In this document: positions 42,843 through 56,363 of the stretch, in pieces
Position numbering within the stretch: the first letter of the stretch is position 1
How the letters are laid out: the number at the start of each line of letters is the position of its first letter
Source: Selaginella moellendorffii
Taxonomy: Eukaryota; Plantae; Lycopodiophyta
Direction: 5' to 3'
Assembly (NCBI RefSeq): GCF_000143415.4
Contig: NW_003314276.1
Coordinates: 2,417,072 to 2,481,071 of the forward strand
Length of the DNA: 64,000 nucleotides
Notes under the pieces: model-generated
What the model was told of the DNA's origin: nothing
Databases searched by the model: none
What the model saw: only the letters and a program-made list of their open reading frames with translations
Translations under genes and position numbers: made by a program

Positions 42843-45132
42843 TAGTGCCCAAGGTGGCACGAAATAGGAAAGAGCATGATGGTGCCCTCGAGTAGAGAAC
42901 TTCCTAGGAGGGGAAGTGTAGTTGCACAAAATGTCCAAGGCAAGGTGTCGGACACACCTAGGAAATTGACTTCAAGAAGCCAAAAGTAAGCGTTCCAAAG
43001 TGCAAAGGTAGATCAATGGAATCTGTGACTACTCAAGAATGAGTAGTGGAATTGATCTAGAGAGGGTGTCTCTAACCGGTTTAGCGAGAACTGAACCAAT
43101 AAAAAGGAGCAACCCACCCCAGGTGGTCAAGTGAGTCTCTAAGTTGGAGAGACTATCCTCCTTGGAGGATGGGCAAGGCATGGTGAGCCTTTGGTGTCAA
43201 ACCATTGACGAATAACGAGAAGGCATGGTGAGCCTTCAACGTAAAACCATTGACAAATATTGGCTAGGTGCCAAGGATGGAAATGGTAACACATGCGGGT
43301 GTTACTTTATAAAATGGTTTACCATACGATGAGGACATCGAACTTCGTCTATGGGTGGTGGAGTTGTGAGACACAAAATCCCTAGGCCCCAAAGTGGAGC
43401 CGGAAGGGCGCCACGTGGTAGTGGCCGAAGCAAAAGCCAAACGAGCGTAAAACGTTTGGACTAAAAAGCTCCGACTGGAAAGGTCGAGAGCGGGAGTGGA
43501 ACTCCCAGCAAAGTGCTCGAGGAATGAGCACGAAGCAAGCCATAAGCGAGGCTCTAAAAAGGGACCCGAAAGGACCAACACATGACACGTGGAAGAGTCC
43601 GAGATGGACCCGAAGTGGAGTCCGATATGGAGTCTGAGATGGACCCGAGATGGAGTCCGAGATGGAGTCCGAGATGGACCCGAGATGGAGTCCGAGATGG
43701 ACCGAGTGTAAGGAACCGACTCCCCGAGATGTCGTAGGCTAAAGGATCCCCAAAAGCTTGACCGAAATGACAAAGAGTTCATCGGATGGGACCAAGTCGA
43801 GGATCAAGTCCAAGACCGACTCTAGGACTGAGTTCGAGATAGAATCTAGAATCGAGTCCGAGACCAACTCGGGGACCGAGTTCAAGTCCGAGTTCGAGAC
43901 CGAGTTCGAGACGGAGTCCGAGATCCGAAATCGGGTCTGAGACCGAGTCTGAGGTCGAGTCCGAGGTCGGGTCCGAGATCGGGTCTGAGATCGAGCCCGA
44001 GTCCGAGGTCGAGTCCGAGGTCGGGTCCGAGATCGAGCCCGAGATCGAGCCCGAGATCGAGTCCGAGACCGAATCCGAAGTCGGATCTGAAATCGGGTCC
44101 GAGATCAAGCTAGAGACTAAGTCCAAATACTAATACGGGTCAAGGGGTGAAAGCCCAAAGCGTGCGTCTCCCAGGGGGGGGGGGGGCTGCAGGGGGTTCC
44201 AAAAGTATAGTAGGGAGAGTGTGGGGGTTGGAGCCCAGTGGAGCCAGTTTGGCCTAGGAAGGCCAGACCCAGTGTTGGGTGATGAGCTGACCACTGGGAA
44301 GTCCAAGACTAGAGTGAACACGGACTGACAAGCGGGGTAGCTTGGTGAAGTGTTCAAGAGCCGACTCTAGTTCCCCCGGGAGATCGACTGGCCGATGCTC
44401 CCAGTCCAAGTGTGGATGGCACTACCTACTTGGATACCAGGCGTGGCTCAACGGACCCTCACTCTAAGCCCATGGCTAGAGCACCTAAAGGTGAAAGGCG
44501 GGGAGAGTACCCAGTTGGCTCACGTAAGGCCATGGTGTTCCGAAATGTTGTCCCAAAGGCCCAGACTGTGGAAAGGAAGAGGAGCAGTCCTCTGGGGTGG
44601 TGACCAAGGACACAGTCGTGTGGGGAGGAAGTCCCAGAGGACCGCGGGACTTAGTGGTCGGGCCTGTGGGCCTCGATCCAGTGGCAGTGTTAGCAAACAC
44701 GGCCAGGGGCAGGAAGGGACTTGGTAGGAACTAACAAAGGGACTTTGGGGAAGGCAATTCCCCACGTCTGTGGGCATCCTAAGGATGCTAAGGTGTGGAT
44801 CTAGGATGACCACTCGTGGACAGATGGCCTAGTCTTGGAGAGAGGGGATGGTGATGCAAGTGGTATTGGACCACTAGCGCAGCAAAGGTGAATGGGCATG
44901 GCCTTAGCGTAACGGGCCAAGACGTCAGTGGTACCTTTGGGTGTCGGTCTTGGGACCGGACACGTGGAGCACTTGGACCAGGTGCAAGTGTTGAGTGGTA
45001 TGGATGCCATTCTTGGGGCTAGCAAGTCCCAAGTCCTGAATTGGACTGATGGAGGTTGTGAATGAGATTCCTCCAAGTGGTCGGATGTGTGGTTAAGTGA
45101 CTAAAGTAGAATGGAAAATTTAGTCGCTTACA
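42843..45132 (+). mobile_element. 3' end of LTR family B element: internal remnant, PPT and LTR 43365-45132 with 12-bp and 6-bp tandem arrays
   Basis: A purine-rich tract precedes TGTGAGACAC and the end is GCTTACA. Homologous to the solo LTR at 11904. Possible chromodomain remnant YFIKW at 43303-43317. Confidence 0.8.
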
Positions 45133-45249
45133 CATTGCTTCTGCATAACATGGCAAATTATACCCCACATCATCGATCCACTTAATATACACAACCATGA
45201 TGGAATTACTATAAGGAGAAATTTATACTTTATTATCACCTATTATGCA

Positions 45250-48240
45250 ATGTCCCAAGAACACCTTTGAATACACTCTCCTTCTCTAGTGTAAAAACTA
45301 CACACCCAGTCTCTTTAGCTGCTAGCACCATCAAACGAAAGCCTACTGTAGCATCAAGCACAATCCCCTTAGGAGGACAAAACAACTCTAGGAGGATTTG
45401 CATGGCCTTTGGTGAACGGTGTCAATAACCAGGGAACTCTATATGATGGTCCTCATTGATAACATTTGGGATGATATCTGTTGAGCTATCATTTCCTGGC
45501 AATGCCAAACTTGCACGCTCATCAGCTCATGTAATACTGTGACAGCAAGAGTAATGGTAGAGAGCATGGTAGTTCCATGCTAAAACCTACAAGGAAAAAA
45601 GGCAATCAATTTAAGATATGAAAAATAAGGAAATGCAAACCTTTTGGATTCGGCCACCTGCTCCTTTTGTTTCAATTGGGATGTTTGAGAGTAGGCAGCC
45701 TAATGCAAACTCAACCAATCTAGAGTCATCATTCTCCACCATCGTTGCAAGAAGACCTCCCCAAAATAAAGAACGGGGAAGAATGACTAGCATAATGCCC
45801 TCATATCGCAACACCTTGGATGCCACATCCACCACTTGAGAAATATGGTCCGGTCGAAGGATGTTCCAGGATGGAGTGTCACCTTGTAAAGGTGGTAACC
45901 CATCAGGCAGGGCAAAGAATGTGAGGTTGATGCCGAAAGTATTATTCATTCCCAATCCTTGCATCCATTGATGGAACATAGAAGACTCTCGGCTCACATT
46001 GTTGGAAAGCTGAAAGTAGTCCCCAATAACTATTTCCATATTGCCAACACTTTCCATAGGAGAAAGAGGGTGAACCTAAATAGTGTTCAAAACTAGGAAA
46101 TATTAAAGTTAATACATGTTTTTTTTCATACATATTTATGTGAAGCCGATGAAGATAACTCCTGGAGGTCATCCTCTGTAACAGTGGAGAGGGATGGAAA
46201 TAATGCATTTGTACGTCAACATATAGAGTGTTGGCTTGTTTCTCCAACATCTACAACCAAATTACAATAAGTAAGGTCATTGAAAATCAAGTTCTTACTC
46301 TCTTGGACGTCCTCACTATGGAGCTACCTTCGTACATTTCAAGTAGTCGGGGCTGGACGAGCAGCGGCAATAGAATCTAGGGAATGAGCAATTGCTGTAG
46401 GATGAGATGGGGCAAGAGAGTTTTCAGCCAGGTTCTCCACTCGTTCGCCTTCGGTCTGCTCAATATGAATCTCGTCCTTGTCTTGATGCATCTCCACTCC
46501 TTCCAAAAGTGCCTCTTCAATAAAGTAGAAACATAAGTTACTACTAGGAAATTTTACTCATCAAACCTGAATGACACTTGAGGTAGAGATCAAGATCAAA
46601 AGGTGACAATGGCATTTGCCTCCACAACTCCAAATACCATGGAAAAAGTTCTTGCTCCCGTGCAGTGGAACATTGGAACTCTAGCTCATATATGCCAAGT
46701 TTCTTCCCACCAGTTAAGAGCTTGAGAAAAACACTTGCTATGTACACTGGAGCACCTGGGCAATGATTTAAAAACCTACAAAAGAGTCATAATTAAATAA
46801 ATAAGTCAATTTCTTGCAATATATCTATATGCCATGTGGCGTGAGAAAAATGGTTGGCCCGGCTGGTTCTTGAAATCCATAGAGCTTGAGCTGCCATCAG
46901 GAAGCCATCCATCCCCAAGCTCTTGAAAGGAAGCTCAAACATATTCTGGAAGTGTTATGCCGGTGCGGGGACTAGTGAGGAACTTCGTATCCCATACTTG
47001 AAGTAGCTCCTCAGCAGCAGCAATACTCTAAGTGATATAGAGCTTCTCCTTCATCACATTCTCAAGTTTGCTCTCCAACCTTTTATCATTGTTACGATGC
47101 CAAGTGTTGAGGAGTTCCAAGCGAGAGGTTTGTTCATTGAAGGAGAGCTGGCTTTTTTGCGATGTTATAGATCAATTCTTCAGGTGCTTTACCATTTCCT
47201 ACAAGAACAAGGATTTCAAAGTGGAATGAGAAAGATAAAAGGGACTAACTTACTGCCATGAGAGCATATCTCTGCAATGCAATCCAACCAATCTTTATCG
47301 CAGCGAATGTCTGCAATCGCAAGTAGCTTCTTCACCTTTGATTTCTTTGAGTTCAAAATGTGCTGCTCAATTTGTTGTAGTTCAAGGTTCTTTTGCACTT
47401 CATCCGTCACTTGTGTAATCTTCAAATATGAGTTTTGCTCTGCCTTGACAATTGGCTAAAAGAAAAACTTGTGAGTAGAAAACACAAGTTCATGCAAGAA
47501 AAGGATACTTTTGCCCAGACCACAACCAAAAAATCCATAGGCACTTGATACCAAGTAAGCAACTCTTGGCCTTTACGTGCTACAAGCTTTGCTTAAACCA
47601 CTTCCATAACTTCACGACTATATAGTATCTGGATTTCGTTGAAAAAAAGCATGCCAAGATATCAAAGGTGCTTGAAATTATGGACCAAGATATGTGCTTG
47701 GAAAGTAAATTGATTAAACCTATAATATAGTTGGTGAGAACAAAGGTTACAAGTAAAAGATTCTTACATGTTGATCTTGTGACATGCCAAGTTAAGCCTC
47801 ACAACTTGGTTTCAATCCTGTGGCTCCACAAGTGTCACTAAAACACAAATATATCACTTGTCATCGTCATGGAACTTCTCTTGGATACACCTCCAAAACA
47901 CAAGCCACCGGTGGTTTCCATCAATAATGAAGAACATCTGGCTTACAAAAGCTTGTGTCTCTTTGTGGCATGCCATTAAAGTATCAAACTCCTAAGATTT
48001 CCTTTGCCATATTTGATCCCAAGTATGCTCAATCTTGTGAGTAACCATGTCTATGCAATTTGTTCTGGGGAATGATGACAACACAATAAACAATCCAGTA
48101 GTGTGCCCAAATCCAACTTCTGTGAAAGAGGTGTAAATAGCCATGTTGAGGTCGTAGGCTGAGCACACCCAGTGACTTTGCTTAAGACGGCAAAGTGGAA
48201 TCTCAAGATGTTGGGATCCTTTCCAAGCCATTTCACCTAA
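45250..48240 (-). pseudogene. Decayed multi-exon gene: ParB/Srx-like domain plus beta-class N4/N6 methyltransferase-like domain (transposon cargo)
   Basis: IPLCRL..FFIIDGNHRW (DGNHR at 47908-47922), INLTFFALPDG in the motif IV position (~45900-45935), RSPKAMQILLELFCPPKGIVLDATVG..LAAKETGCVVFTLEKE (motifs X, I, II; 45280-45418). Confidence 0.65.
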
Positions 48241-48407
48241 CACCCTGCTGATAGTTTGTTCTTGAGCCTAGACAATAGTCTCGCATACTCGCTCATTCAA
48301 GATCGTGTCGGCCTCTAGCATAATTACCACCTCATTTTTGTGACCTTCAGGAGCAGCAACATGTCTGCCATTTCCACCACCAAAATCTGCCCCACCACCT
48401 ATAGCAT

Positions 48408-51400
48408 TGATAAAGGAAAAAGTTGGACGGAAGGAATATTTGGCAGCATAAGTTCAAACATCAAAATCCCAAACAGTTGGACTCAAGGTCCAACTGCCCA
48501 AGTTCCAACCCAACGACTCCAACTTCAGTTTCTCAGCGATCTCGGTTCGACACTCTACAGCAGCAACTCTACAACAGACTCGAACACCGAACGGGTATAA
48601 ATGACCCGGAAGCGGTTACCAGGAGCAGTTGCCAGATGACAACATCTGTACTGCAGACACAAACCTGAAAGGACCATGGTGACAAGCACAGACACAGTTG
48701 CCAAGGACTTAGTATAAATAGGCTAGCTGTGAGAGTGAGAATTTTATCCCATCTCTACTCTGCACAAAAGAAAGCTTTGTAAAAGTTTTCTTTATCAACT
48801 GCTTGTGAGATTTGACTTCCTACTCTGTGTTCTGGGATCGACACCGAGATGCATTTAGTTTTCACTCAGTTTTACTTTCTATTGTGCAAGTGCATTCACT
48901 TGTTCTGGGTTTTTGTTGATTCTGTGGCCTGTGCCATCCTTGCCCACCTTTAGTTCTGTTGACGGCCAAGTTCTTAGTGCAGATTGAGGAGTTGTATGAC
49001 CGGCCAATTGTGTAGCCTCTCTTTCTATTCTCGTCAGACTTGTAATCCGACTGGCGACCAAATACTCAATTGAGCCAACCATTTCGCGATTTCACCATTC
49101 CTTTTCCCTTTTCCCCTTTGTTTCCTTCTTTTCTCTGTAACACCCATTTTTCCATGATAACACATGGCGACCACGGTGGGATGGTTGTCACAGAATCTGC
49201 ATTTTCTTTTTTTTAGTTTTCTCTTTCATGCATGCTGAAAAATTCCGGAAAAATCTCTTTTACTGATCAGTCGTTTTGAGAAATCAGCGAGGAAAGCCGA
49301 AGACCTGCGCAGAAGCCCGAGGAAGGAGCAGCGCAGAGAATTGGATAGGAGACATTTGTGACGGAGCATCACGAGCACCGTGACGAGCAGTTCCGATTGC
49401 GGAGTACCTGGTGGCAACGTGGAACGTTGTGTCTAGCAGTCCCCCTTACACGAAGAATTATGAGGTATGCGGGAAATACCTCATGAGGTAAAAGCTCGAC
49501 AGGAAGACGAGCGAAAAGCGCGTTCGAAGAAGAGAGACGCGTTGAGAGAAGTTGAAGCTATCAAGCTCCGAGAGAGAAGGCGACTCGAGGAAGAGGAAGC
49601 CAAAGAGCGGGACAGGATAACTCAAGAACAAGCTCGGCTTGACCAAGAGCGAGCTCGGGGAAGAACCGAAACCGGGCAAACCCTAAAGAATATTCAGGAT
49701 TCCAGAAGAGGGAGAGGACCGGTATACGAAAGGTACGAGCATAATAGTGAAGAAAGGGAGCCCACCGGAAGGAGGAGCTTCGTAGATCAATTTAAAGATT
49801 CATCTTCGGGGAGGATACTCAGCTCGGTTGGAAGTATCTTCGGGAGGAAGGACAAAGAGGCTGTCATCGACGAAGCCGAAGACGAAGGGGAGGATAGCGA
49901 AAAAAGAAGTGACAACACTGACAGAAGTCAGAAGAACCTTGACTTCGATCAGTACTTCCACGCATTAGGGAATCAACAGGTAGTACAACCCATGTTGGTT
50001 TCAATGGCAGGAACGTCCAACCCCGTCATCATGAAGAAGGCTCTTCCTCCTACCTTTCATGGAACGGAGAATGAAGACTATGAGCGGCACTTGAAGCAGT
50101 TCAATGCGGCATGTGCACTCAACAACGAGATAATGGATGTCGAGAAGATTGCACTGTTTCCTTTCACTTTGAAGGGAGATGCGGCAGAATGGTTCTACGC
50201 CTACGCCACCTTTGCTGCACTGTCTGACGACTTCAAAGGATACTACAAGAAGAAGTACGAGTGCCGTGATCCAGTGGTGAGATTGTAAGAGATCAACCAA
50301 GGGGGTACGGAGTTGGCAGAAGACTACGCCAGAAGGTTTAACAAAATCTATGGGAGGTGTGATGCCACCACTATTCCGGATGTTTTAGCTATGAACTGGT
50401 TTCTCAACGGACTTTGGTCTGAGATGCAGACTCCAATATGGCTAGAGGCACCCACCACATTGGACACTGCTCATGCGGCTGCAGAGAAAGTCGACAAGAT
50501 ACTGCGCAAAACAAGCAATGCACTCAGAAGGGAGCTTCGTACGAAAGGTGGTGTCGATCAGTCAGCTGACTTGGTCAAGAAATTGGAACGACAACTGAAA
50601 GATTTGGATATTCGACAGCCCAGAAGAAAGGATATATTCTGCTTCATCTGTAAAAATGAAGGGCACTATGCAAATGAGCGCAAAATCCCCAGATGTCAGA
50701 TATGCAATCAAACAGGACATGGAGCAAGGAGCTGTCGATACTACGTAAGACCCGAACCAGCAGCTGCACAAGTGGAACCGAGCGATTACTGGCCGCAACA
50801 AGGTCAGCGGCAACAACCGTTCCCAAAAGATTACCCACGCATGATGAACCATCCGAGGCAACGTCAATGGTTCGAGCGACAACGACAACAGCAGTTCGAA
50901 CAGCGCCCACGGCAACCTCAGCGACAGCAGAACCAAGATCATCAACAACTTCGACTTCCAGCCCCACCTCAACCCAAGCTCCTACCAGGACCAGGTTCGA
51001 CTGCCCACATCACGTGCTACCGGTGTGGACAGAAAGGACACTATGCCACCACTTGCCCAAATGAGCAATAAAACAAAGGTAAAGCACCTCAACCTGCGGT
51101 GCGAGCGGTGGAAGTCCAGTCCGACATTGAGAGCGAGGATGGGATCGAGGTCGAGGCATATGCGGTCACGCATGCTCGAAAACGACAAGCCGTGGATGAG
51201 GATCGAGATTGGGAGAAAGAGAAGGCTACCGTCCGTAAGGTATCTCTCGAATTGAGGAATCTGCAGGAAAAGGTCGTGCAGCGATTGTCCCCGAAGAAGT
51301 CGGACATGCTGATTACGATCAAAGATGAACCAATGACCAGTGGTTCACAATTGGAGGAATTGCGACAGCAAGGCGATCCTCCGAATGAAGAACTGGGCGA

Positions 51401-54400
51401 AAGACTGGTGGAACTCATCATGGAGAGACCCGTCACGCTCACCATTGGAGAATTGATCAAAGTAGCACCCTACCTACGTGATCATCTGTACAACACGCCA
51501 GGTCGGCAAGTTAGACGATTGGCGGAGTTGGACGTTCACAAGGTTGAGGTTGAACCGGATTGGGACGAGGAGGTACCCAGCATCACCCTCAACATTGGGA
51601 GGATTGAGATCTGCAATGTTCCAATTGACGGCGGATCAGGTGTAAACATTATCACGGAAGAGGCGTACCGACAATATGGGCTGGGACCAGCGGATCCAGC
51701 ACCCTTTTTGGTCCGAATGGCAGATCAAAGTAAGGTACGTCCAACAGGGATTCTCCGAGGGGTACAACTGAAGGTTGGAGGTTTCCACTATTCAACCAAC
51801 CTAATTGTGTTGAGGATGAATAGTATGAAACACCCATACCAAATACTCCTCGGACGACCTTGGTTACGTCAGGCATGAGTCCTACATGACTGGGAAGCGA
51901 ATGCCTTAACCATTCAAAAGAATCATCAGCGGTTACTGATATCCTTGAATCCAAAAACGTGACTACCAAAATCACATACCCCGCGCGACATTGAGGATTA
52001 CGACTGGCAGTCCGGATTGAGCGACAAGGATGAGGACGCTCTGTTAAAATGTAATCCCGATCTTGTGCAGATTGCAGAAGCAGATCTGTACCAGACGACG
52101 GTGGATTCCACGGACGCCATGAAGAACTTGGGTCTCACAGAGAAGTTCATGAAACCAAGTGCGAAGAATGTGCGAGAAGAATCAGTGGAAAAACTGATTG
52201 AGCAACAAGACGAGACATTGGCGATGCATACGAACAAAGAGTTGGAGGAAATCGATTTGACCGATTCCTTGGAAGAGCCCAAGAAACTGAAGATCGCCAA
52301 AGTTCTACCAAGAGGATTTAAGGAGCAAGCATACCGACTACTACAACAGTACAAGGATGTTTTCGCATGGAACTATGGCGACCTCAAGGGAGTTCCACCA
52401 GAGCTCTGTACACATCGGATTGAACTTCTTCCAACCAGCACACCCAAATGTCAAGCACCATACCGAATGAATCCCACTTTTATGATGAAGGTAAAAGAGG
52501 TGGTCAACAAGCTTCTTCAAGTTGGGTTCATCTACTCAATTGAAAATGCACAGTGGCTGTCACCCATTGTCATCGTACCAAAAAAGAATGGCAAGCTGCA
52601 CATCTGCATCAACTACAAGAAGCTGAATGACAACACGGTGAAGGACTTCCACCCAATCCCTTTTACAGAGGAGATTCTTGACTCTGTCGCTGGACATAAG
52701 ATGTACAGCTTCTTGGATGGATTCTCCAGGTACAACCAGGTCTTGGTTGCACCAGAGGATCAACACAAGACAGTTTTCATTAGTCCATGGGGAGCATATG
52801 CCTACCGAGTTATGCCATTTGGTTTGTGCAACGCATTGTTCACATTCCAATGTTTAGTCTCGAAAACCTTCTGCGAATATCTTAGTACATTCATGAAGGT
52901 CTTCCTAGATGACTTCAGCATATACGGTAAACAACAGGAACACTTGGAGCATCTCGCCAAGTGTTTTGAGAGATGCCGACAACATTGCATTGCTCTTAAC
53001 CCGGAGAAGTGCACTTTCTTTGTCAAGTCCGAAGTATTACTAGGACATGTCGTCTGCAAAGACGACACCCTCATCGACAACGACAAAGTTAAGGTAATCC
53101 AGACTTTGGAGCCTCCAACCAACATTGGAGAACTCCGACGGTTCCTCGGAAAGTTGGGTTATCACCACAGGTTCATCAAAGGGTATGCTACGATAGCAAA
53201 ACCACTCACGGAACTACTCAAGAAGGATAACCCGTACGACTGGACAGACAAGTGTCAGCAGAGTTTTCAGTTCTTGAAGGCTGCCCTCATCAAAGCACCA
53301 ATTCTCACGGTACCCAAGTGGAACCGCAAGTTCAACGTTCTCATAGACGCATCTCACATTGTGATTGGATGCGTGCTCACACAGACTCAAGATGACAGCA
53401 AGGACCGACCAATCTACTACGCCAGCAAGAGGTTGGCACCAGCGGAGTCCAAATACACGACCACCGAGAAGGAGTGTCTCGGAATGGTATATGCCGTCAA
53501 GAAGTTCTGCCACTATTTGTTGGCCAACCATGTTAAGTTCGTAGTTGATCACTAGGCACTACTCCATCTTCTCAACAAGCCGAATCCAACTAGAAGGTTG
53601 GCACGGTGGTTCTTACTCCTACAAGAATTCGACTTCGAGATCATCCATCGACCAGGATGATTGAACGAGCAAGCGGATCATCTCAGCAGAATTACTACGG
53701 GAGAACCACCAATAAGAATACCTGACGAGTTTCCGGACGCCTCATTGTTTCAGGTTCAGGTAATGCTTTATTTCGTTAAAGTGGAACTTATTCAGTAAAG
53801 TGGGACATTAATTAGCATGTGTCCACATGCCATTTCTTAGTACTTAATTAATATTTATTAATATTTCTATCAGTTTTTTAATTTAGTTTTTATATTTCAC
53901 AATATTATAACACAAAATCATATGAAAAGTTTTTAATTTATAAATTATAAAGCTAAAACTTCAATTTTTTATTGTTGTTATAAAAATGGCATGTGGCCAC
54001 ACATAATGAAAAGTTCCACTTTAACGAAATAAAGCATGGTATACAAGCTGGATCCTGAAGACTTGATCGTCAACGTCCACAACTATCTCAAGACTGGGCA
54101 GATGCCCAACCACATTCAAACACGGGATGAGCGCAAGACCTTCCTACTTAAGTCTTGACCTTACTCTATCATTGGAGGAGTGCTCTATTGCCAAGGAAAG
54201 GACATGGTCCTATGCCAGTATGTTTCACCCGAGGAAACGAACTTCATCATTGAGGAAGCACATGAAGGATCACATGGAGGACACTTTGCTGCGCAAACAA
54301 CTGGACAAAAGATTTTACAAGCCGGACTATGGTGGCCAACTTTGTTCAAAGATGTCACCAAATATTGTCGTCAGTGCGACATTTGTACGAGATACGTTGC

Positions 54401-55921
54401 AGCGCCTGCACAACAGGCTCAACCACTCCAACCCACAATGCCATTGGAGCTGTTTATGAAGTGGGGCATGGATTTCATGGGACCCATCAACCCTCCAAGC
54501 AGTCGCCGCAACTCCTACATTCTGGTCATCACCGACTACGTTACCAAGTGGGCTGAAGCTGTCGCATTACCTGACTGTAAGGCCTGACAAGTGGCAAACT
54601 TTCTCTACCAACACATCGTTACAAGGTATGGTGTACCGTTGGAAATCGTCAGCGACCGGGGTACACACTTCTTGAACAAGGTGATAAACCATCTCTTCAC
54701 GGCGTACAACATCAAACAGAAGTTATCAACACCCTACTATCCTCAAGCGAATGGACAAGTGGAAGCCACCAACAAAATCCTGAAGACCATTCTGGCCAAA
54801 ATCATTAACCAGTCCAGGAGGGACTGGGATGACAAACTAACCTCTGCTTTGTGGGCTTACCGCACTTCTTACAAAACAGCTACAGGACAAACACCGTTCC
54901 AACTCACATACGGACTGGAAGTGATTACACCCATCGAGTTCATTGTTCCCTCACCTCGAATTGCCATGGAGCATCAGCTTGGAGATGTTGAAGTTCTTCA
55001 GCACCGTCTCCAACAGCTCAAGGAGTTGGACGAGAAGCGCTTGGAAGCGTACTACCACATCCGCGCTATGCAGTCAAGGCAGAAGGCGTGGCATGATCGT
55101 GCAATGCGCAGTCATCAATGGGATCCTATCTGTGTTGGTGACTGGGTATATCACTACCAGGAGCTGACCAAGCTGCGATGTAACCCTCTGCTCTTACCGC
55201 CCAAGACGGACGGTCAGGTAAGTCTGGGAGAGCCTCTACCAGCGATAGATGAAGAGGAGTCCAAGTTGGAAAAGGAGCACGAGGAGTTGTGCCAACTCCG
55301 AGAGACCAATGCACGGTATGAGCAGTTTTTCAGCAACATGCTGCGCCCTCCTGTTCGCACCAAGGGACACTGAGAGGGGGAATTCACCTGGTACAAGCTC
55401 ACTTCTATCAGGTCTATCAAGTTCCTTTTTGCTCGAACCTAAGAGAAATAAAGAAAACTATTTACATGAGAAAATTGCTTCACATAAAAATGAACAAAAA
55501 GTACAAAAGGAAGGCACATCGATCAAGCAGACAACACACTCTGAGGACGGAGTGTCATTTAAGTCTGGGAGCATGATAAAGGAAAAAGTCGGATGGAAGG
55601 AATATTCGGCAGTACAAGTTCAAACATCCAAATGCCGCTAAGTCCTAAACAGTTGGACTCAAGGTCCAACTGCCCAAGTTCCAACCCAACGACTCCAACT
55701 TCAGTTTCTCAGCGATCTCGGTTTGACACTCTACACTACAACAAACTCGAACACCGGACAGGTACAAATGACCCAGAAGTGGTTACCAGGAGCAGTTGCC
55801 AGATGACGACATCCGTACTACAGACACAAACTCGAAAGAACCATGGCAACAAGCACAGACACGGTTGCCAAGGACTTAGTATAAATAGGCTAGCTGTGAG
55901 AGTGAGAATTTTATCCCATCT
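48408..55921 (+). mobile_element. Ty3/gypsy retrotransposon (family D, Athila/Tat-like non-chromovirus), 3' LTR truncated
   Basis: 5' LTR 48408-49162, PBS TGGCGACCACGGTGGGA (tRNA-Arg-like), gag with three CCHC-type knuckles (one degenerate), protease DGGSG, RT FLDD, RNase H, integrase. 3' LTR 55574-55921. Several premature stops. Confidence 0.93.
53763..54037. mobile_element. 275-bp MITE with perfect 27-bp TIRs and 4-bp TSD GGTA
   Basis: ATGCTTTATTTCGTTAAAGTGGAACTT at the left end and its reverse complement at the right. GGTA at 53759-53762 and 54038-54041. Excision restores the pol frame (FQVQVYKLDPED). Confidence 0.93.
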
Positions 55922-56363
55922 AAGCTCTATTTCGTTAAAGTGGGAATTGTCATTATCCCACTTGTAAAACAAGGTTTCCAAACCTTTATATAGTATATAA
56001 ATATAACAAAATTCAATTGCATTGAGGCACATGCCATTTTATTTTAAACAAGGAAATGTCTACTCAATCACTTCTCCTCCCCCTGCCACTGCTTCACCTC
56101 TCTCTTCTCCTTGTCATCGTCGTCCAATTTCTTTCCATCCTTTTAATATTGGCTCAGTTGCTCCGAGTCTAGGTGGAGCCCAAGTCCCCATTCAATCTTT
56201 ACTTTCCCCTTATTAATAAAACAACTTCGTAGACTTCCAATAACATGCTGTAACACTTCTAGTATAATGCAAATCCTCTCAAAGAATTGTCTTTTAATAT
56301 TAATACAATGGCATGGAACCCCATGCCATAATAAGTTACATTTTTAAATAAATACATGCCATC

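Noticed and set aside
43596-44120. Regular repeats here and at 12140-12500 as a CRISPR array or repetitive protein
   Set aside because: They are contiguous 6- and 12-bp tandem units without unique spacers, inside an LTR. The SDSISD-type ORFs are by-products.
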